From sequence record OR062524: a stretch of 64,000 nucleotides of DNA; one strand, given 5' to 3'. The position numbers and the translations under genes were made by a program. Origin of the DNA: Escherichia phage vB_EcoM_3A1_SA_NWU. This document shows positions 9,657 to 18,547 of this stretch, piece by piece. Each line of letters opens with the position of its first letter. The stretch's first letter is position 1. Below the pieces are notes generated by a model. That model searched no databases. It was given only the letters and a program-made list of their open reading frames with translations, and was not told the DNA's origin.

Positions 9657-10058
9657 TTAGTATTGCTCGCCACTAATACGTTCCTTAAGTTGTTTAATAG
9701 CTTCGATTGCATCTACATAAGAAGAGTTATACATGTGTTTCAGTGCCACTCGGATTAAAGGATCTTTTGTGAAGAAATCAATAAGAAGCATAGCTTGATC
9801 ATGTTTAGCTGCATTTGTCATAGATGGATAATTTTCACGAACCATATACGTGTTATTTTGCATAAGGGTTCTTTCTAGTTCGATACAATGAATAGCTTTA
9901 TCTAGGTTAATCTGACGTTCACCTTTAATACGTGTTGCGTATTTTGCCAATTTGCAAAAACAAGGTGTGCCACCAACCAAATAAGCTAGTTCAATAGGTT
10001 GCATTGCCATTTTTGTGTAGTGATCACCGTCAACCTGATTATCAAAAGCATTAGACAT
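9657..10058 (-). CDS. hypothetical protein (133 aa)
   Basis: ORF track. Confidence 0.5.
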   Translation of the reverse strand: MSNAFDNQVDGDHYTKMAMQPIELAYLVGGTPCFCKLAKYATRIKGERQINLDKAIHCIELERTLMQNNTYMVRENYPSMTNAAKHDQAMLLIDFFTKDPLIRVALKHMYNSSYVDAIEAIKQLKERISGEQY

Positions 10059-10314
10059 AATTTTCCTCCTGAATTCCTACTGCGCCTTCTTCTGGGTAAT
10101 CTGTGTAATAAGCTACCCTACCTTGATAGATAACATCACCATCATCATTGTAGATTGCTGTATCTTCTTGAATTGTTATTTTAACGTCAAGTAAATCTGG
10201 GTCTTTCTCGATGGTATAGTTTAAACCTAACATTTCAAACAGTTCGAAAATTTCGTTACCTGTTAATGTAATGCTCATATTTCCTCCTTTTATTGTGGTT
10301 AGCAGAGTATACAC
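10051..10314 (-). CDS. hypothetical protein (true start probably ATG at 10278)
   Basis: Track start at 10314 lies upstream of the -10 element; internal ATG at 10278 has AAGGAGG RBS. Confidence 0.5.
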   Translation of the reverse strand: MYTLLTTIKGGNMSITLTGNEIFELFEMLGLNYTIEKDPDLLDVKITIQEDTAIYNDDGDVIYQGRVAYYTDYPEEGAVGIQEENYV

Positions 10315-10334
10315 TAATATAAAATTTTTGTCAA
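10306..10334 (-). promoter_or_regulatory. sigma70-like promoter TTGACA-N17-TATACT
   Basis: Reverse complement ATTGACAaaaattttatattagtgTATACT directly after a terminator hairpin. Confidence 0.6.
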
Positions 10335-10358
10335 TAAAAAAGGGAGCAATAAGCTCCC
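10333..10358 (-). terminator. intrinsic terminator (GGGAGC-loop-GCTCCC plus T6)
   Basis: Reverse complement cagggagcttattgctcccttttttattg just after the stop of the 10365..11324 gene. Confidence 0.65.
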
Positions 10359-10364
10359 TGATTA

Positions 10365-11324
10365 TTAGATTCCAATAATAGTTGCTGCTCGTTTATCTTT
10401 GGATCTGGTGTTTGCTCTACTACGTGACAAACCTCCACAAGATTCACAACGAATGATATCGAAAGAACTTACCGCAGTGTGGTATTGCTTACCAGTAACA
10501 ACGTGAACATGATCACTGCCGCAACGAGAACAACGGACTTTCTCATCTGGGTAATAAGCGGATAAGTTAGGATGCTGTGGAATCCACGGAAGGATTTTCA
10601 TATACAAATCACGGAGTGAAACAACATCACCGTCATTGTAAATCTGCATACGTTCAAAAGCATCACGATCACCTTCACAACATGCTTTCCATAAAGGGAA
10701 CCCCTCGTTATCCAGTTTTTCACTTTCTGTTTCGAAATATGCTCCCATTTCTTTAAGGGAGTTGGAAGGAAGTGCAAATTGTTTCTTAGCTGCCTTCAAT
10801 GTATCAACAACTACATAATTAGAAGGAGGAGCCATATCGTGATATGCAAATCGTTGGTTAATGTATGCACGGTCAAACTTATATCCGTTGTGTGCCACAA
10901 CTACATCTGCCTCATTCAGAAGGTTCCAAAGATCTTGGCAAAGCTCCCAATCATCTGTATGATCAATATCAAAAAGAGGATAAGAAGACAAGTTCTTACC
11001 TTCCACTTCACCAGTATACAGGTCGGCAGAAGAGTAAGATAACAAATAACCCCTACGAATTACTTGATCTGGAGAAATGAAGGCTTTGAATCGACGGAAA
11101 GTATATGCAATCTCTGGTGCAGTTTCAACATCAATAATTTTAATAACTGGTTGTTTCTTTTTAACTGGCTCTTGTTTACTTGCTCCGAATCGTGCAAGGA
11201 AATCGTTCACTGTGCTTTTTCTTGTTGGACTACCTAAAACAATTGCTGCAATATTGCGAGAAGACATACCCTCTGCACTCATACTAAGGATATCTGCTTT
11301 CTGCTCTTCTGTTAATCTGCTCAC
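10365..11324 (-). CDS. DEDD-type 3'-5' exonuclease with N-terminal HTH and C-terminal zinc finger
   Basis: 319 aa; IDVETAP...HNGYKFD exonuclease motifs; N-terminal helix-turn-helix-like segment; C-terminal CSRCG...CESCGG. Confidence 0.5.
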   Translation of the reverse strand: MSRLTEEQKADILSMSAEGMSSRNIAAIVLGSPTRKSTVNDFLARFGASKQEPVKKKQPVIKIIDVETAPEIAYTFRRFKAFISPDQVIRRGYLLSYSSADLYTGEVEGKNLSSYPLFDIDHTDDWELCQDLWNLLNEADVVVAHNGYKFDRAYINQRFAYHDMAPPSNYVVVDTLKAAKKQFALPSNSLKEMGAYFETESEKLDNEGFPLWKACCEGDRDAFERMQIYNDGDVVSLRDLYMKILPWIPQHPNLSAYYPDEKVRCSRCGSDHVHVVTGKQYHTAVSSFDIIRCESCGGLSRSRANTRSKDKRAATIIGI

Positions 11325-12010
11325 TCTGCCTCCTGTTGCGAGATGTATGACTGAAGCATACTCTCAAATGTTGTATCGTCATTATCCCAGCGTTTCATGT
11401 ATACCAACTGGAAAATTGTTTCTATCCATTCATCTGTTGTCATATGGACTTCTTCTCCATCCCAAGAAGTAAAATTAACACCATCTGGGAACCATGAGTA
11501 GTAAGTATCTTTAACTGTTTGGAAAAGTTCTGCTTGAGTTTTACAAGCTGAAAGAAGATTAAAACAAGTAATATCTCCGAACTTAATATCAAAATCTTGA
11601 TAAGGTCGGATACTATCTGTTTTATCTCCCATTAGCATCTGATATGCTAACCAGTAACTGCCCCAACCTTTAACTTCTTTCTTTTTACCTTTATCTACGA
11701 TCCATATGTCGCCAATAGACTCGTCAATAAGAATTATATCTGGATTTTTAAATACTCCATCCTCTTTGTAGAAATTAAAAAGGATACTAGGAGTATGTAA
11801 ACTATCTTTATCTATAGATACAACGATATAAGAAAATTTACCCGTCCTTTTATAATCTTTATAACCTTGGAAACCATACTTCTCTAACTCATCATCAGCT
11901 TCTATTACAGTAACAACATCACCATTGTGGAACTCCACAAGATAATCTTTGGTTTCTGAAAGCTGGAGTGGTTTGATATCTAATCGTTCAGATTTATATT
12001 CTACAGGCAT
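11321..12010 (-). CDS. hypothetical protein (229 aa from first ATG; frame stays open 147 codons further upstream)
   Basis: ORF track; own translation of upstream in-frame region shows protein-like sequence including GVIGVGKT (P-loop-like) and no ATG/GTG/TTG. Confidence 0.5.
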   Translation of the reverse strand: MPVEYKSERLDIKPLQLSETKDYLVEFHNGDVVTVIEADDELEKYGFQGYKDYKRTGKFSYIVVSIDKDSLHTPSILFNFYKEDGVFKNPDIILIDESIGDIWIVDKGKKKEVKGWGSYWLAYQMLMGDKTDSIRPYQDFDIKFGDITCFNLLSACKTQAELFQTVKDTYYSWFPDGVNFTSWDGEEVHMTTDEWIETIFQLVYMKRWDNDDTTFESMLQSYISQQEAE

Positions 12011-12451
12011 TTTGAAGGCGTGTCTGAAAGTTTTTCCTACGCCAATAACTCCGCAATATTTTTCTAAACGTAGATGTTTTAGAATACCTAAGACTTTTGT
12101 TTTAGCTGCTTGGAAGGTGTGTCCGATATCTTCTGGCGGATATTGCTTATCAATGATTTCGAACTCTTCCTTTGTGAAGGGACGTTTGTTTTTGGAGGCT
12201 CTTTCTGCATTTGTATCTCCTAGCCAACCTCCAATTTTAGTCTTGCTTTTACCCCAAAACTCTGTCTTATTTTTAAATTCCTTTTGAGCACCTGAAGGGA
12301 TGTGCTTCGCAATGATTGTTCTTTTCTCTAATGCAGACGCTGCTTGGAAAGCGATCTGATCATAATCAATTGCAGCTATTGTTTCTTCGTTGACATATAA
12401 ATGAAGATCTTCAGGTTTAATTAAAATATAACCGCTAATATTTCCCCCTAA

Positions 12452-12661
12452 TTATTCATCGTCATCCTCTGTTGAGAATGTTTTAGTATACGGACATTGA
12501 CGACTTTTCGGGATTGCTATAACTTCATCTTGGTTAGCGTTAGAATAGTAGCAATATTTTGTGTTGCCATTAACTTCAGAATCAGACAAGATTAAAGTAA
12601 TTTGACCTGCTGCTACTGTGAAACTAAAAGCTAAAAGAACGACTGTCAGAATCTTTTTCAT
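12452..12661 (-). CDS. small secreted or lipoprotein-like protein (69 aa)
   Basis: N-terminal MKKILTVVLLAFSFTVAAGQ signal-peptide-like; AGGAGG RBS. Confidence 0.5.
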   Translation of the reverse strand: MKKILTVVLLAFSFTVAAGQITLILSDSEVNGNTKYCYYSNANQDEVIAIPKSRQCPYTKTFSTEDDDE

Positions 12662-12670
12662 AACGCCTCC

Positions 12671-12700
12671 TAAAAAGCCTACCTCATTAAGTAGGTAGGC
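12671..12700 (-). terminator. hairpin (GCCTACCTAC..GGTAGGC) plus U5 in leader, overlapping the promoter start region
   Basis: Reverse complement gcctacctacttaatgaggtaggcttttt followed by AGGAGG RBS. Confidence 0.45.
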
Positions 12701-12729
12701 ATAATATCATAACTAATCCCGCAAGTCAA
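12701..12729 (-). promoter_or_regulatory. sigma70-like promoter TTGACT-N17-TATTAT
   Basis: Reverse complement TTGACTtgcgggattagttatgaTATTAT. Confidence 0.5.
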
Positions 12730-12733
12730 GAAC

Positions 12734-13612
12734 TTATTTAAGGATTGTTGCTTTGGTTAAATCTTCCATCAGACCTCGAATCTCATTGAAGCACAGAAGG
12801 ACTGAAGCTTCAATACTACCTTCTTCGTCTGCAAAATATTTCGGAAAACGTAGTTTAGAAAGTTTAAACTCTTTATCCACTACAAAATCTACAACACCGT
12901 CATATTCAAGACCGATTGCAACAACATCTTTACCATCTTCTTTTAGTTCGACAGCTTTAGACTCGTATAGAGATTCTTTACTCCAAACAACAACGCCCTC
13001 GCTATCCTCCATTTTGATATAATTTCCGAGAGTAATACGATCTGCTTCGTGATTCTCCAGCAATTCACCAAAACCTTTTACAATAGCTTCTTCGTGCACA
13101 CTAAAACCTACCGAAGGGAAAGTCCCCAGGACGGAACGGAGGAAAGAAGTAATCTCTTCTGCAACCTTTTTACTTCCATTAAGAACATAAAGAAGATTCG
13201 TAGTTTTATCCAAGACAACATAGTTAAAGAAATCTTCAGGTTCTGTTTCAGGCAATAGTGCAAATTCAATATCTTCTTTCATTGCTTTGACTACTTCTTT
13301 ATCGACATAAAACTCTTTACCTTCGCTCTCCATGTCCTGACGCATTTCTTCTAGACGTTCATTCAGAATACGTTTAACTTTCTTTTTATCTACCTTCTTC
13401 ACAGATTGACCTACATTAAGCAGTTCAAGATCTGAAAACTCTTTTACAAATTTAGAGTCATCTTCGAAACGAACAAGACCGATAGTGTGTGACTGGGAGC
13501 CTTCTGCTGTTACAAATTCCAGAGGAATATCTGTAATGCTGTTAAGGGATGCTACAGAAGCATTGTCACCAACAACCATAGGCAGAGCGGATTTAAAAGA
13601 TTTTACAAACAT
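12734..13612 (-). CDS. RdgC-like recombination-associated protein
   Basis: 292 aa; segment LLPETEPEDFFNYVVLDKTTNLLYVLNGSKKVAEEITSFLRSVLGTFPSV parallels the E. coli RdgC core as recalled from memory. Confidence 0.5.
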   Translation of the reverse strand: MFVKSFKSALPMVVGDNASVASLNSITDIPLEFVTAEGSQSHTIGLVRFEDDSKFVKEFSDLELLNVGQSVKKVDKKKVKRILNERLEEMRQDMESEGKEFYVDKEVVKAMKEDIEFALLPETEPEDFFNYVVLDKTTNLLYVLNGSKKVAEEITSFLRSVLGTFPSVGFSVHEEAIVKGFGELLENHEADRITLGNYIKMEDSEGVVVWSKESLYESKAVELKEDGKDVVAIGLEYDGVVDFVVDKEFKLSKLRFPKYFADEEGSIEASVLLCFNEIRGLMEDLTKATILK

Positions 13613-13668
13613 GTTTCCTCCTATTTAATACATCTCACATTACCGCCCATAAAGGGCGGCTTACAACA

Positions 13669-14394
13669 TTACTTATTAATAATACCTGCAATATTAGGTT
13701 TGACAAAGGTCGATGGTTTCATGATCTTACCTTTATCATCAAAGAACACATACACTTTCTGTTTTTCATTATAAACAGCATGAACACCAGTGTATGCCCC
13801 TTCTGGACGATTGGCATTTCGTTCTTCAATTGCAGCGCATTCTTGTGCAATGGCTGAATCGATATCCGAAGTTTTCCAAGTTTTCAGCAACTGTTGTTTA
13901 GTTGGATACTTGGAATCATTACTTTTCAATACCTCTTTAATAACTTTCTTTTCTGGATATTTTGAACGGATTAGAGTGTCACGAGACATACGCATAATAC
14001 CAGCAGCCATTAGTGCCATTTGAACTGGCTCTGTAAATGTTTGTTCCAAAGCATCAAAATCAGTATACACAGTTGGAGTAAAAACATCGCCTACAGCATA
14101 GTCCAAGAAATTCATCGTATGTTCTTCACCAAAGAACATGTAGGTCAGATAACTGGATACTACAAAAATATCCGCTGCTGCATCCAAGAGTTCTACATGA
14201 TCGTTTACTTTCGCGGCTGTTTCATACTCTTTAAGCTCTTCACGAACGAATCCGATTTGGGACATAAATAGCTCTTGAGTGAATTCAGGTTGTTCACCAC
14301 CTCGTGCTTTAGCATTCCAATCAATCACGTGCTTCGCTGCATTTTTGAAAAATTCAGTATCGAACTTAATATCTTTAAAAAAATTCTCGATCAT
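13669..14394 (-). CDS. putative MazG-like nucleoside triphosphate pyrophosphohydrolase
   Basis: 241 aa; REELKEYETAAKVNDHVELLDAAADI resembles the EExxE...D metal-binding helix of all-alpha NTP pyrophosphatases. Confidence 0.35.
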   Translation of the reverse strand: MIENFFKDIKFDTEFFKNAAKHVIDWNAKARGGEQPEFTQELFMSQIGFVREELKEYETAAKVNDHVELLDAAADIFVVSSYLTYMFFGEEHTMNFLDYAVGDVFTPTVYTDFDALEQTFTEPVQMALMAAGIMRMSRDTLIRSKYPEKKVIKEVLKSNDSKYPTKQQLLKTWKTSDIDSAIAQECAAIEERNANRPEGAYTGVHAVYNEKQKVYVFFDDKGKIMKPSTFVKPNIAGIINK

Positions 14395-14403
14395 TATAAC
14401 TCC

Positions 14404-14586
14404 TTATTTAAAATAGCTTTCTAGAAAGTTGCTAATATTTACTACAGTCTCACCCATGTAAATTCCTGCGAAACCGAAAACAAGCATACGTGGAATATTG
14501 AAATACCATTTATCCGCTGGAAAAGATGCCAGAATTACAATAGCAATTGCTATCAGCATCATAAGAATTGTTGCTAAAATTATCAT
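14404..14586 (-). CDS. small membrane protein (60 aa from internal ATG; track gives 14404..14664)
   Basis: Hydrophobic MIILATILMMLIAIAIVILASF; GGAGG RBS; ATG overlaps stop of upstream ORF (ATGA). Confidence 0.45.
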   Translation of the reverse strand: MIILATILMMLIAIAIVILASFPADKWYFNIPRMLVFGFAGIYMGETVVNISNFLESYFK

Positions 14587-14777
14587 AAAAATGCCTCCAA
14601 GTATTTTGAACAATGATAAGCTAAGAAACAAGAAACTACCGCATACCCAACTCCAGACATACATGAATCAATCACAACACATACGGTTCTTTTCTTTGAA
14701 TTCTTAGGAAAGTTTTCCGAAGCATTCATACAATAAAAAGAAAGTACACTGAAAACGATTAAAATGGCTAAGAACAT
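14583..14777 (-). CDS. small membrane protein (64 aa)
   Basis: Hydrophobic N-terminus MFLAILIVFSVLSF; AAGGAGG RBS directly after ligase stop. Confidence 0.45.
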   Translation of the reverse strand: MFLAILIVFSVLSFYCMNASENFPKNSKKRTVCVVIDSCMSGVGYAVVSCFLAYHCSKYLEAFL

Positions 14778-14786
14778 TTTTCCTCC

Positions 14787-15914
14787 TTACTCTGCTGGTT
14801 CCCAAGTGCCTGGGATCATTTCTCGAATACGAACACCAACAGGTTTTGTTGGAATACCTTCATCTGAAAATTCTTCATACTCTATTTCAACGAACTGATT
14901 AATCAAGGTAGAAGCATTCTCTGCTTTACGATAATTGATAGTCTCATGAGCATCTTTACGCATTAAGAATTCGACTACTTTACCATTTTCCATCTCACCT
15001 GTCAACACTCCATCGCCATTTTTATCGCTTTTTGAATTTGTTACTTTAACTTCAAGGGTGTGGCGAGGCTTACGTTTAATAACGTCATAAGAACGTTTAT
15101 CAAATTCGTAAACTCCGTGAGCATTACGATATACTACACCTTCAGCTTTCTCAAGTAAAGCTTTTTCATAGAAAGCGTCAAACTGCTCTTGGTTTTCAAT
15201 ATACTCTGTATGAACTACACAAATAAGCTCGTCAAGACCATAATCTTCAACTACTGCCTTAAGAGCAGCAAGAGCATCAACACGTTTTTCAAACGGTAGA
15301 CCTGGAACTGGAATATCGTATACGTAATAATTCAGCAAAGGTGTATTTGCATTATGCTTCTTCCAGGCACTGTTAATTTGTTGCAGACTAAGGACACCTA
15401 ACCCAGCAAACACTTCACCATCAAGAGGATGACCAACAACTTCACTAATAAAGTTTGGAATACCTTTCCAATGAGGTGGCAGGTTATACACTTCCCCAGC
15501 TTTTGATAAACACTCCCCTTTCATGTTAATCATAGAACGTAACCCGTTCAATTTGTATTGTGCATAACCAGGGAACACAACCCTTTCAGGATAATCTTTA
15601 TAATCCTGGCATTTCATTGGTGTAGAAGGAACATGGTTTTCAGCTTCTTCTTTTGTTTTATAATAGCCATTCTTTAACTGTTTTGTCCATTTGGCAAAAG
15701 CTTCAAGTTCAGCTTGTTCTTCCGGTGTTGTTTCATTGGAACGACCAATGTTTTTTGCTTCTGCTGTATAAGATTTTTCTGTGATTTTTCCACCTACCCT
15801 TCCATGAGCTACAGTAACAACTGCACCATCTGTATACACTGTCCACTGTTTAAGTTTTCCTTTTGAATCTTTACCATACAGCGTTTGATTTGTTTGTTGC
15901 ATTAGTCCTCCCAT
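14787..15914 (-). CDS. ATP-dependent polynucleotide ligase (probable DNA ligase) with KxNGxR motif I
   Basis: 375 aa; motif I KLNGLR, III LDGEVF, IV EGVVYR, V VIKRK; C-terminal OB-like region. Confidence 0.6.
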   Translation of the reverse strand: MGGLMQQTNQTLYGKDSKGKLKQWTVYTDGAVVTVAHGRVGGKITEKSYTAEAKNIGRSNETTPEEQAELEAFAKWTKQLKNGYYKTKEEAENHVPSTPMKCQDYKDYPERVVFPGYAQYKLNGLRSMINMKGECLSKAGEVYNLPPHWKGIPNFISEVVGHPLDGEVFAGLGVLSLQQINSAWKKHNANTPLLNYYVYDIPVPGLPFEKRVDALAALKAVVEDYGLDELICVVHTEYIENQEQFDAFYEKALLEKAEGVVYRNAHGVYEFDKRSYDVIKRKPRHTLEVKVTNSKSDKNGDGVLTGEMENGKVVEFLMRKDAHETINYRKAENASTLINQFVEIEYEEFSDEGIPTKPVGVRIREMIPGTWEPAE

Positions 15915-16123
15915 TTAAAAACTGAAATTTTCAATCTGTTACACACTTCATCCAAATCTGCGTCGAGTAACGTTGTAGATGTTGCCAACATGTAATCAAT
16001 GCTTGTGAAACCTTGCCCTTTGGCATAGTCAAGCATATCGTCATACATATCTTCAATATCACTGTCATCAAAAGTAGCTATAAAATCCTCATCTCCGCTA
16101 CGAACATAAAATGCAGTACTCAT
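15902..16123 (-). CDS. small acidic protein (73 aa)
   Basis: ORF track; D/E-rich sequence. Confidence 0.45.
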   Translation of the reverse strand: MSTAFYVRSGDEDFIATFDDSDIEDMYDDMLDYAKGQGFTSIDYMLATSTTLLDADLDEVCNRLKISVFKWED

Positions 16124-16311
16124 TCTTCTTCATCCCAAGATTCAAAAGCACAACAATCATCGGTTTCTATAATACCAACACGTCCGCAGGTATTGCAAGT
16201 GATTTTATCTCCGTAGAATAAATAATTTTTATCACCCTCTGTGTTTACAGTTATGTCATTACTACCACAAGGGCAAGTCAGCCAACCAACAACAACGATA
16301 TCTTTTTTCAT
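16120..16311 (-). CDS. small zinc-ribbon protein (63 aa)
   Basis: CPCG...CNTCG motifs. Confidence 0.45.
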   Translation of the reverse strand: MKKDIVVVGWLTCPCGSNDITVNTEGDKNYLFYGDKITCNTCGRVGIIETDDCCAFESWDEEE

Positions 16312-16320
16312 AATCCCTCC

Positions 16321-16647
16321 TTAAGCGTTCAGTTCGTTGTTGAGTTCGTAAATCTCTTCTTGAAGAGCATCAATCTCTTCCTCCAAACGGGAGATCTCTT
16401 CTTTTAGATATACCATTTCGGATTCTTTCTCTTCTAATTCATTTTCAAATTTTACTTTATTAGCCTCATTTTCATAATGCAGTTCAGCGTAATCATCACG
16501 CATTTGTTCAATAAGATGAATCAGAGACAAGATATAATTGTCTCCCGTTTCATCACGCCACTCTTCACCGTGACGGAGAACGGTAATTCGTCCAGTATCT
16601 TCATCTAAAATTGTCTCATATTTACGATCATCTGTATAAATCTGCAT
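16321..16647 (-). CDS. coiled-coil protein (108 aa)
   Basis: Heptad-rich C-terminal half (EISRLEEEIDALQEEIYELNNEL). Confidence 0.45.
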   Translation of the reverse strand: MQIYTDDRKYETILDEDTGRITVLRHGEEWRDETGDNYILSLIHLIEQMRDDYAELHYENEANKVKFENELEEKESEMVYLKEEISRLEEEIDALQEEIYELNNELNA

Positions 16648-16656
16648 TATTTCTCC

Positions 16657-17061
16657 TTATTGAAGTTTAAGTGAACCACGAAGACGTTTCTCTTGCTGAT
16701 CACGGATATATTGTGGAACCTCGTGAATTGAATCATTACCGTGCCTATTTTCAACAATTAAAGAGATAACTTGATAACCAAACTCTTCAGCAAGAGCTAG
16801 ATAAGGTTTAAGTTCTTTCTCTGTGGTTGAAGTATTAGAAACAATAATCTTGTTAAGATTAGATGCCATAGCATCACGAACAATACCCTGACACCATGCG
16901 TGTGCTTTACCTACATTTTCTGGCTTCCAATCGTAAACACCACTCTCTGTGTAATGATATTGATCTGCCTCACAGATAGGCCAATAACCTTCAGAAATAA
17001 TTTCTGCTACTGTAGATTTACCAGCACCTGAAACGCCACGTAAAATGATAAGTTGTTTCAT
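16657..17061 (-). CDS. polynucleotide 5'-kinase (T4 Pnk kinase-domain-like P-loop protein)
   Basis: 134 aa; ILRGVSGAGKST P-loop, EADQYH and SNTS segments align with T4 Pnk kinase motifs as recalled. Confidence 0.6.
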   Translation of the reverse strand: MKQLIILRGVSGAGKSTVAEIISEGYWPICEADQYHYTESGVYDWKPENVGKAHAWCQGIVRDAMASNLNKIIVSNTSTTEKELKPYLALAEEFGYQVISLIVENRHGNDSIHEVPQYIRDQQEKRLRGSLKLQ

Positions 17062-17994
17062 TTATCCTCCAAAAAAGTTTTCGATTTTTTCACGTCGCTC
17101 TTGCTGATTTAAAGCAGCCCATTGAGTCTTCGTAAAATTATTTCGAATCCATTCTAATAAAGCGTAATATTCTTCGTCAACAATTTGTTTGGCATTTTTC
17201 GGATTATCCCAAATCAGATCCCACTTTTTATCTCCACCGCGCATAAGAAACTTCTTAGTAAGATAGTGTGGTGATTTAATTTTTAAAAGTAAGTTGAACG
17301 GATAGTTTGTTTCACGAACTACAAACCCTTCGTGTTTACAATGTTTAGACATTTCAACAACATCTGAAAACTTAACCATTGGATAAACTTCAGGACGCTT
17401 AAATTTGGTGACAGAAGCAATTCCATCAAGAGCACCTTCAGGTAACATAAAACTTGTCCCATCAGGGTTTTGAATTCTGGCACCAATTAAGTATGCACCT
17501 GGTTCTTCTTCGACAATATGCGGATCAGAAGGATCACAGATTTCAAAAAGGAAAGTTGCTTTTGCACTCTCTGTCCATTTGATGAAATGTTCTATGTCAT
17601 CACACTCTGAAACAATATGATTCTTTGCAATACTTGCAAAATCTGATTCAAGGCTTCCTGTTGTCGATACAATAAGTTGACCTTTATATACACCTACAGA
17701 GGCCATAAAACCATTTACTTTACGAACCACATCTACAAGTTCATCCGCTGGTAGATCTGTGCCATTCTCAAAATGATTAAAAATCTTAGTGAAAGGCCAA
17801 ATAACAACATTGTCATCAGCGTCAACAACGATTCCGCGACATTCCAGAAGACGAGAATCAATGCCCCATAAGTTATCCCAGAAAACTTTGTTCTTATACT
17901 TAAGAACAGATAGACCAGAATACTCTCCTTCTTTATATGTTTTCTTATGAACTAAACCTTTTTCAACCAAATCGTCGCAGTTAAATTTAGCCAC
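17062..17994 (-). CDS. RNA ligase-like nucleotidyltransferase
   Basis: 310 aa; motif I KVNGF, IV EGFVVR, V LLKIK; sits between kinase and phosphoesterase with 1-nt gaps. Confidence 0.6.
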   Translation of the reverse strand: MAKFNCDDLVEKGLVHKKTYKEGEYSGLSVLKYKNKVFWDNLWGIDSRLLECRGIVVDADDNVVIWPFTKIFNHFENGTDLPADELVDVVRKVNGFMASVGVYKGQLIVSTTGSLESDFASIAKNHIVSECDDIEHFIKWTESAKATFLFEICDPSDPHIVEEEPGAYLIGARIQNPDGTSFMLPEGALDGIASVTKFKRPEVYPMVKFSDVVEMSKHCKHEGFVVRETNYPFNLLLKIKSPHYLTKKFLMRGGDKKWDLIWDNPKNAKQIVDEEYYALLEWIRNNFTKTQWAALNQQERREKIENFFGG

Positions 17995-17995
17995 A

Positions 17996-18547
17996 TTACT
18001 CTCCTTTGATTATTTTGTGATGGTCTACAGTCACGATATCTCGTTTACTCATCATAGAAATTATCTCATCAAAATGCAAGATTTTTCCATGTGCATCCCA
18101 ACCCACATCTAACATTTTACCATAAGCTTCATCAGGGAAAGATCCGTGGGAATGCCCGTGTAGCATGATTGATCCACGACCTTGTTTATTCCAGGAGGCC
18201 ATAGGGTAATGGCTTAAGACGAAGAACAGCTTCTGATATTTCACTTCGTCATAATACACCACTTCTCCATACTCTGCAAGCACTTCTCGGTGTTTGCTGT
18301 AATCATGGTTCCCAACACAGTAGGTGATATCTCCTTGAAGACGAGAAGCAATTTTACGGGTATCTTCTTCAGTTCCGAAACAGAAGTCGCCCAAATGCCA
18401 CATCTTAACACCAGGAGTAGTAGCACATTTGTTCCATGCTTCGATCAAGGCTTCTGTCATGTGGTCCATATCTTCCCACGGACGATATTCAGGAGCAAAC
18501 TCTCGAATACGTTTATGCATAAAATGCAAATCGCTTGTAATAAACAT
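17996..18547 (-). CDS. calcineurin-like metallophosphoesterase
   Basis: 183 aa; DLHF, GDFCFG, GNHD, HGHSH motifs. Confidence 0.8.
   Translation of the reverse strand: MFITSDLHFMHKRIREFAPEYRPWEDMDHMTEALIEAWNKCATTPGVKMWHLGDFCFGTEEDTRKIASRLQGDITYCVGNHDYSKHREVLAEYGEVVYYDEVKYQKLFFVLSHYPMASWNKQGRGSIMLHGHSHGSFPDEAYGKMLDVGWDAHGKILHFDEIISMMSKRDIVTVDHHKIIKGE

Noticed and set aside
9479-9712. Minus-strand ORF (77 aa) between two early genes
   Set aside because: Contains a convincing intrinsic terminator hairpin and overlaps the 3' end of the upstream gene.
11949-12287. Plus-strand ORF (112 aa)
   Set aside because: Antisense to the open in-frame extension of the 11321..12010 gene; Ser/Leu-rich shadow.
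13625-13660. Hairpin CCGCCC-tttat-GGGCGG as an intrinsic terminator
   Set aside because: No U-tract follows on the coding (minus) strand; could be a processing or stability hairpin, so not called a terminator.
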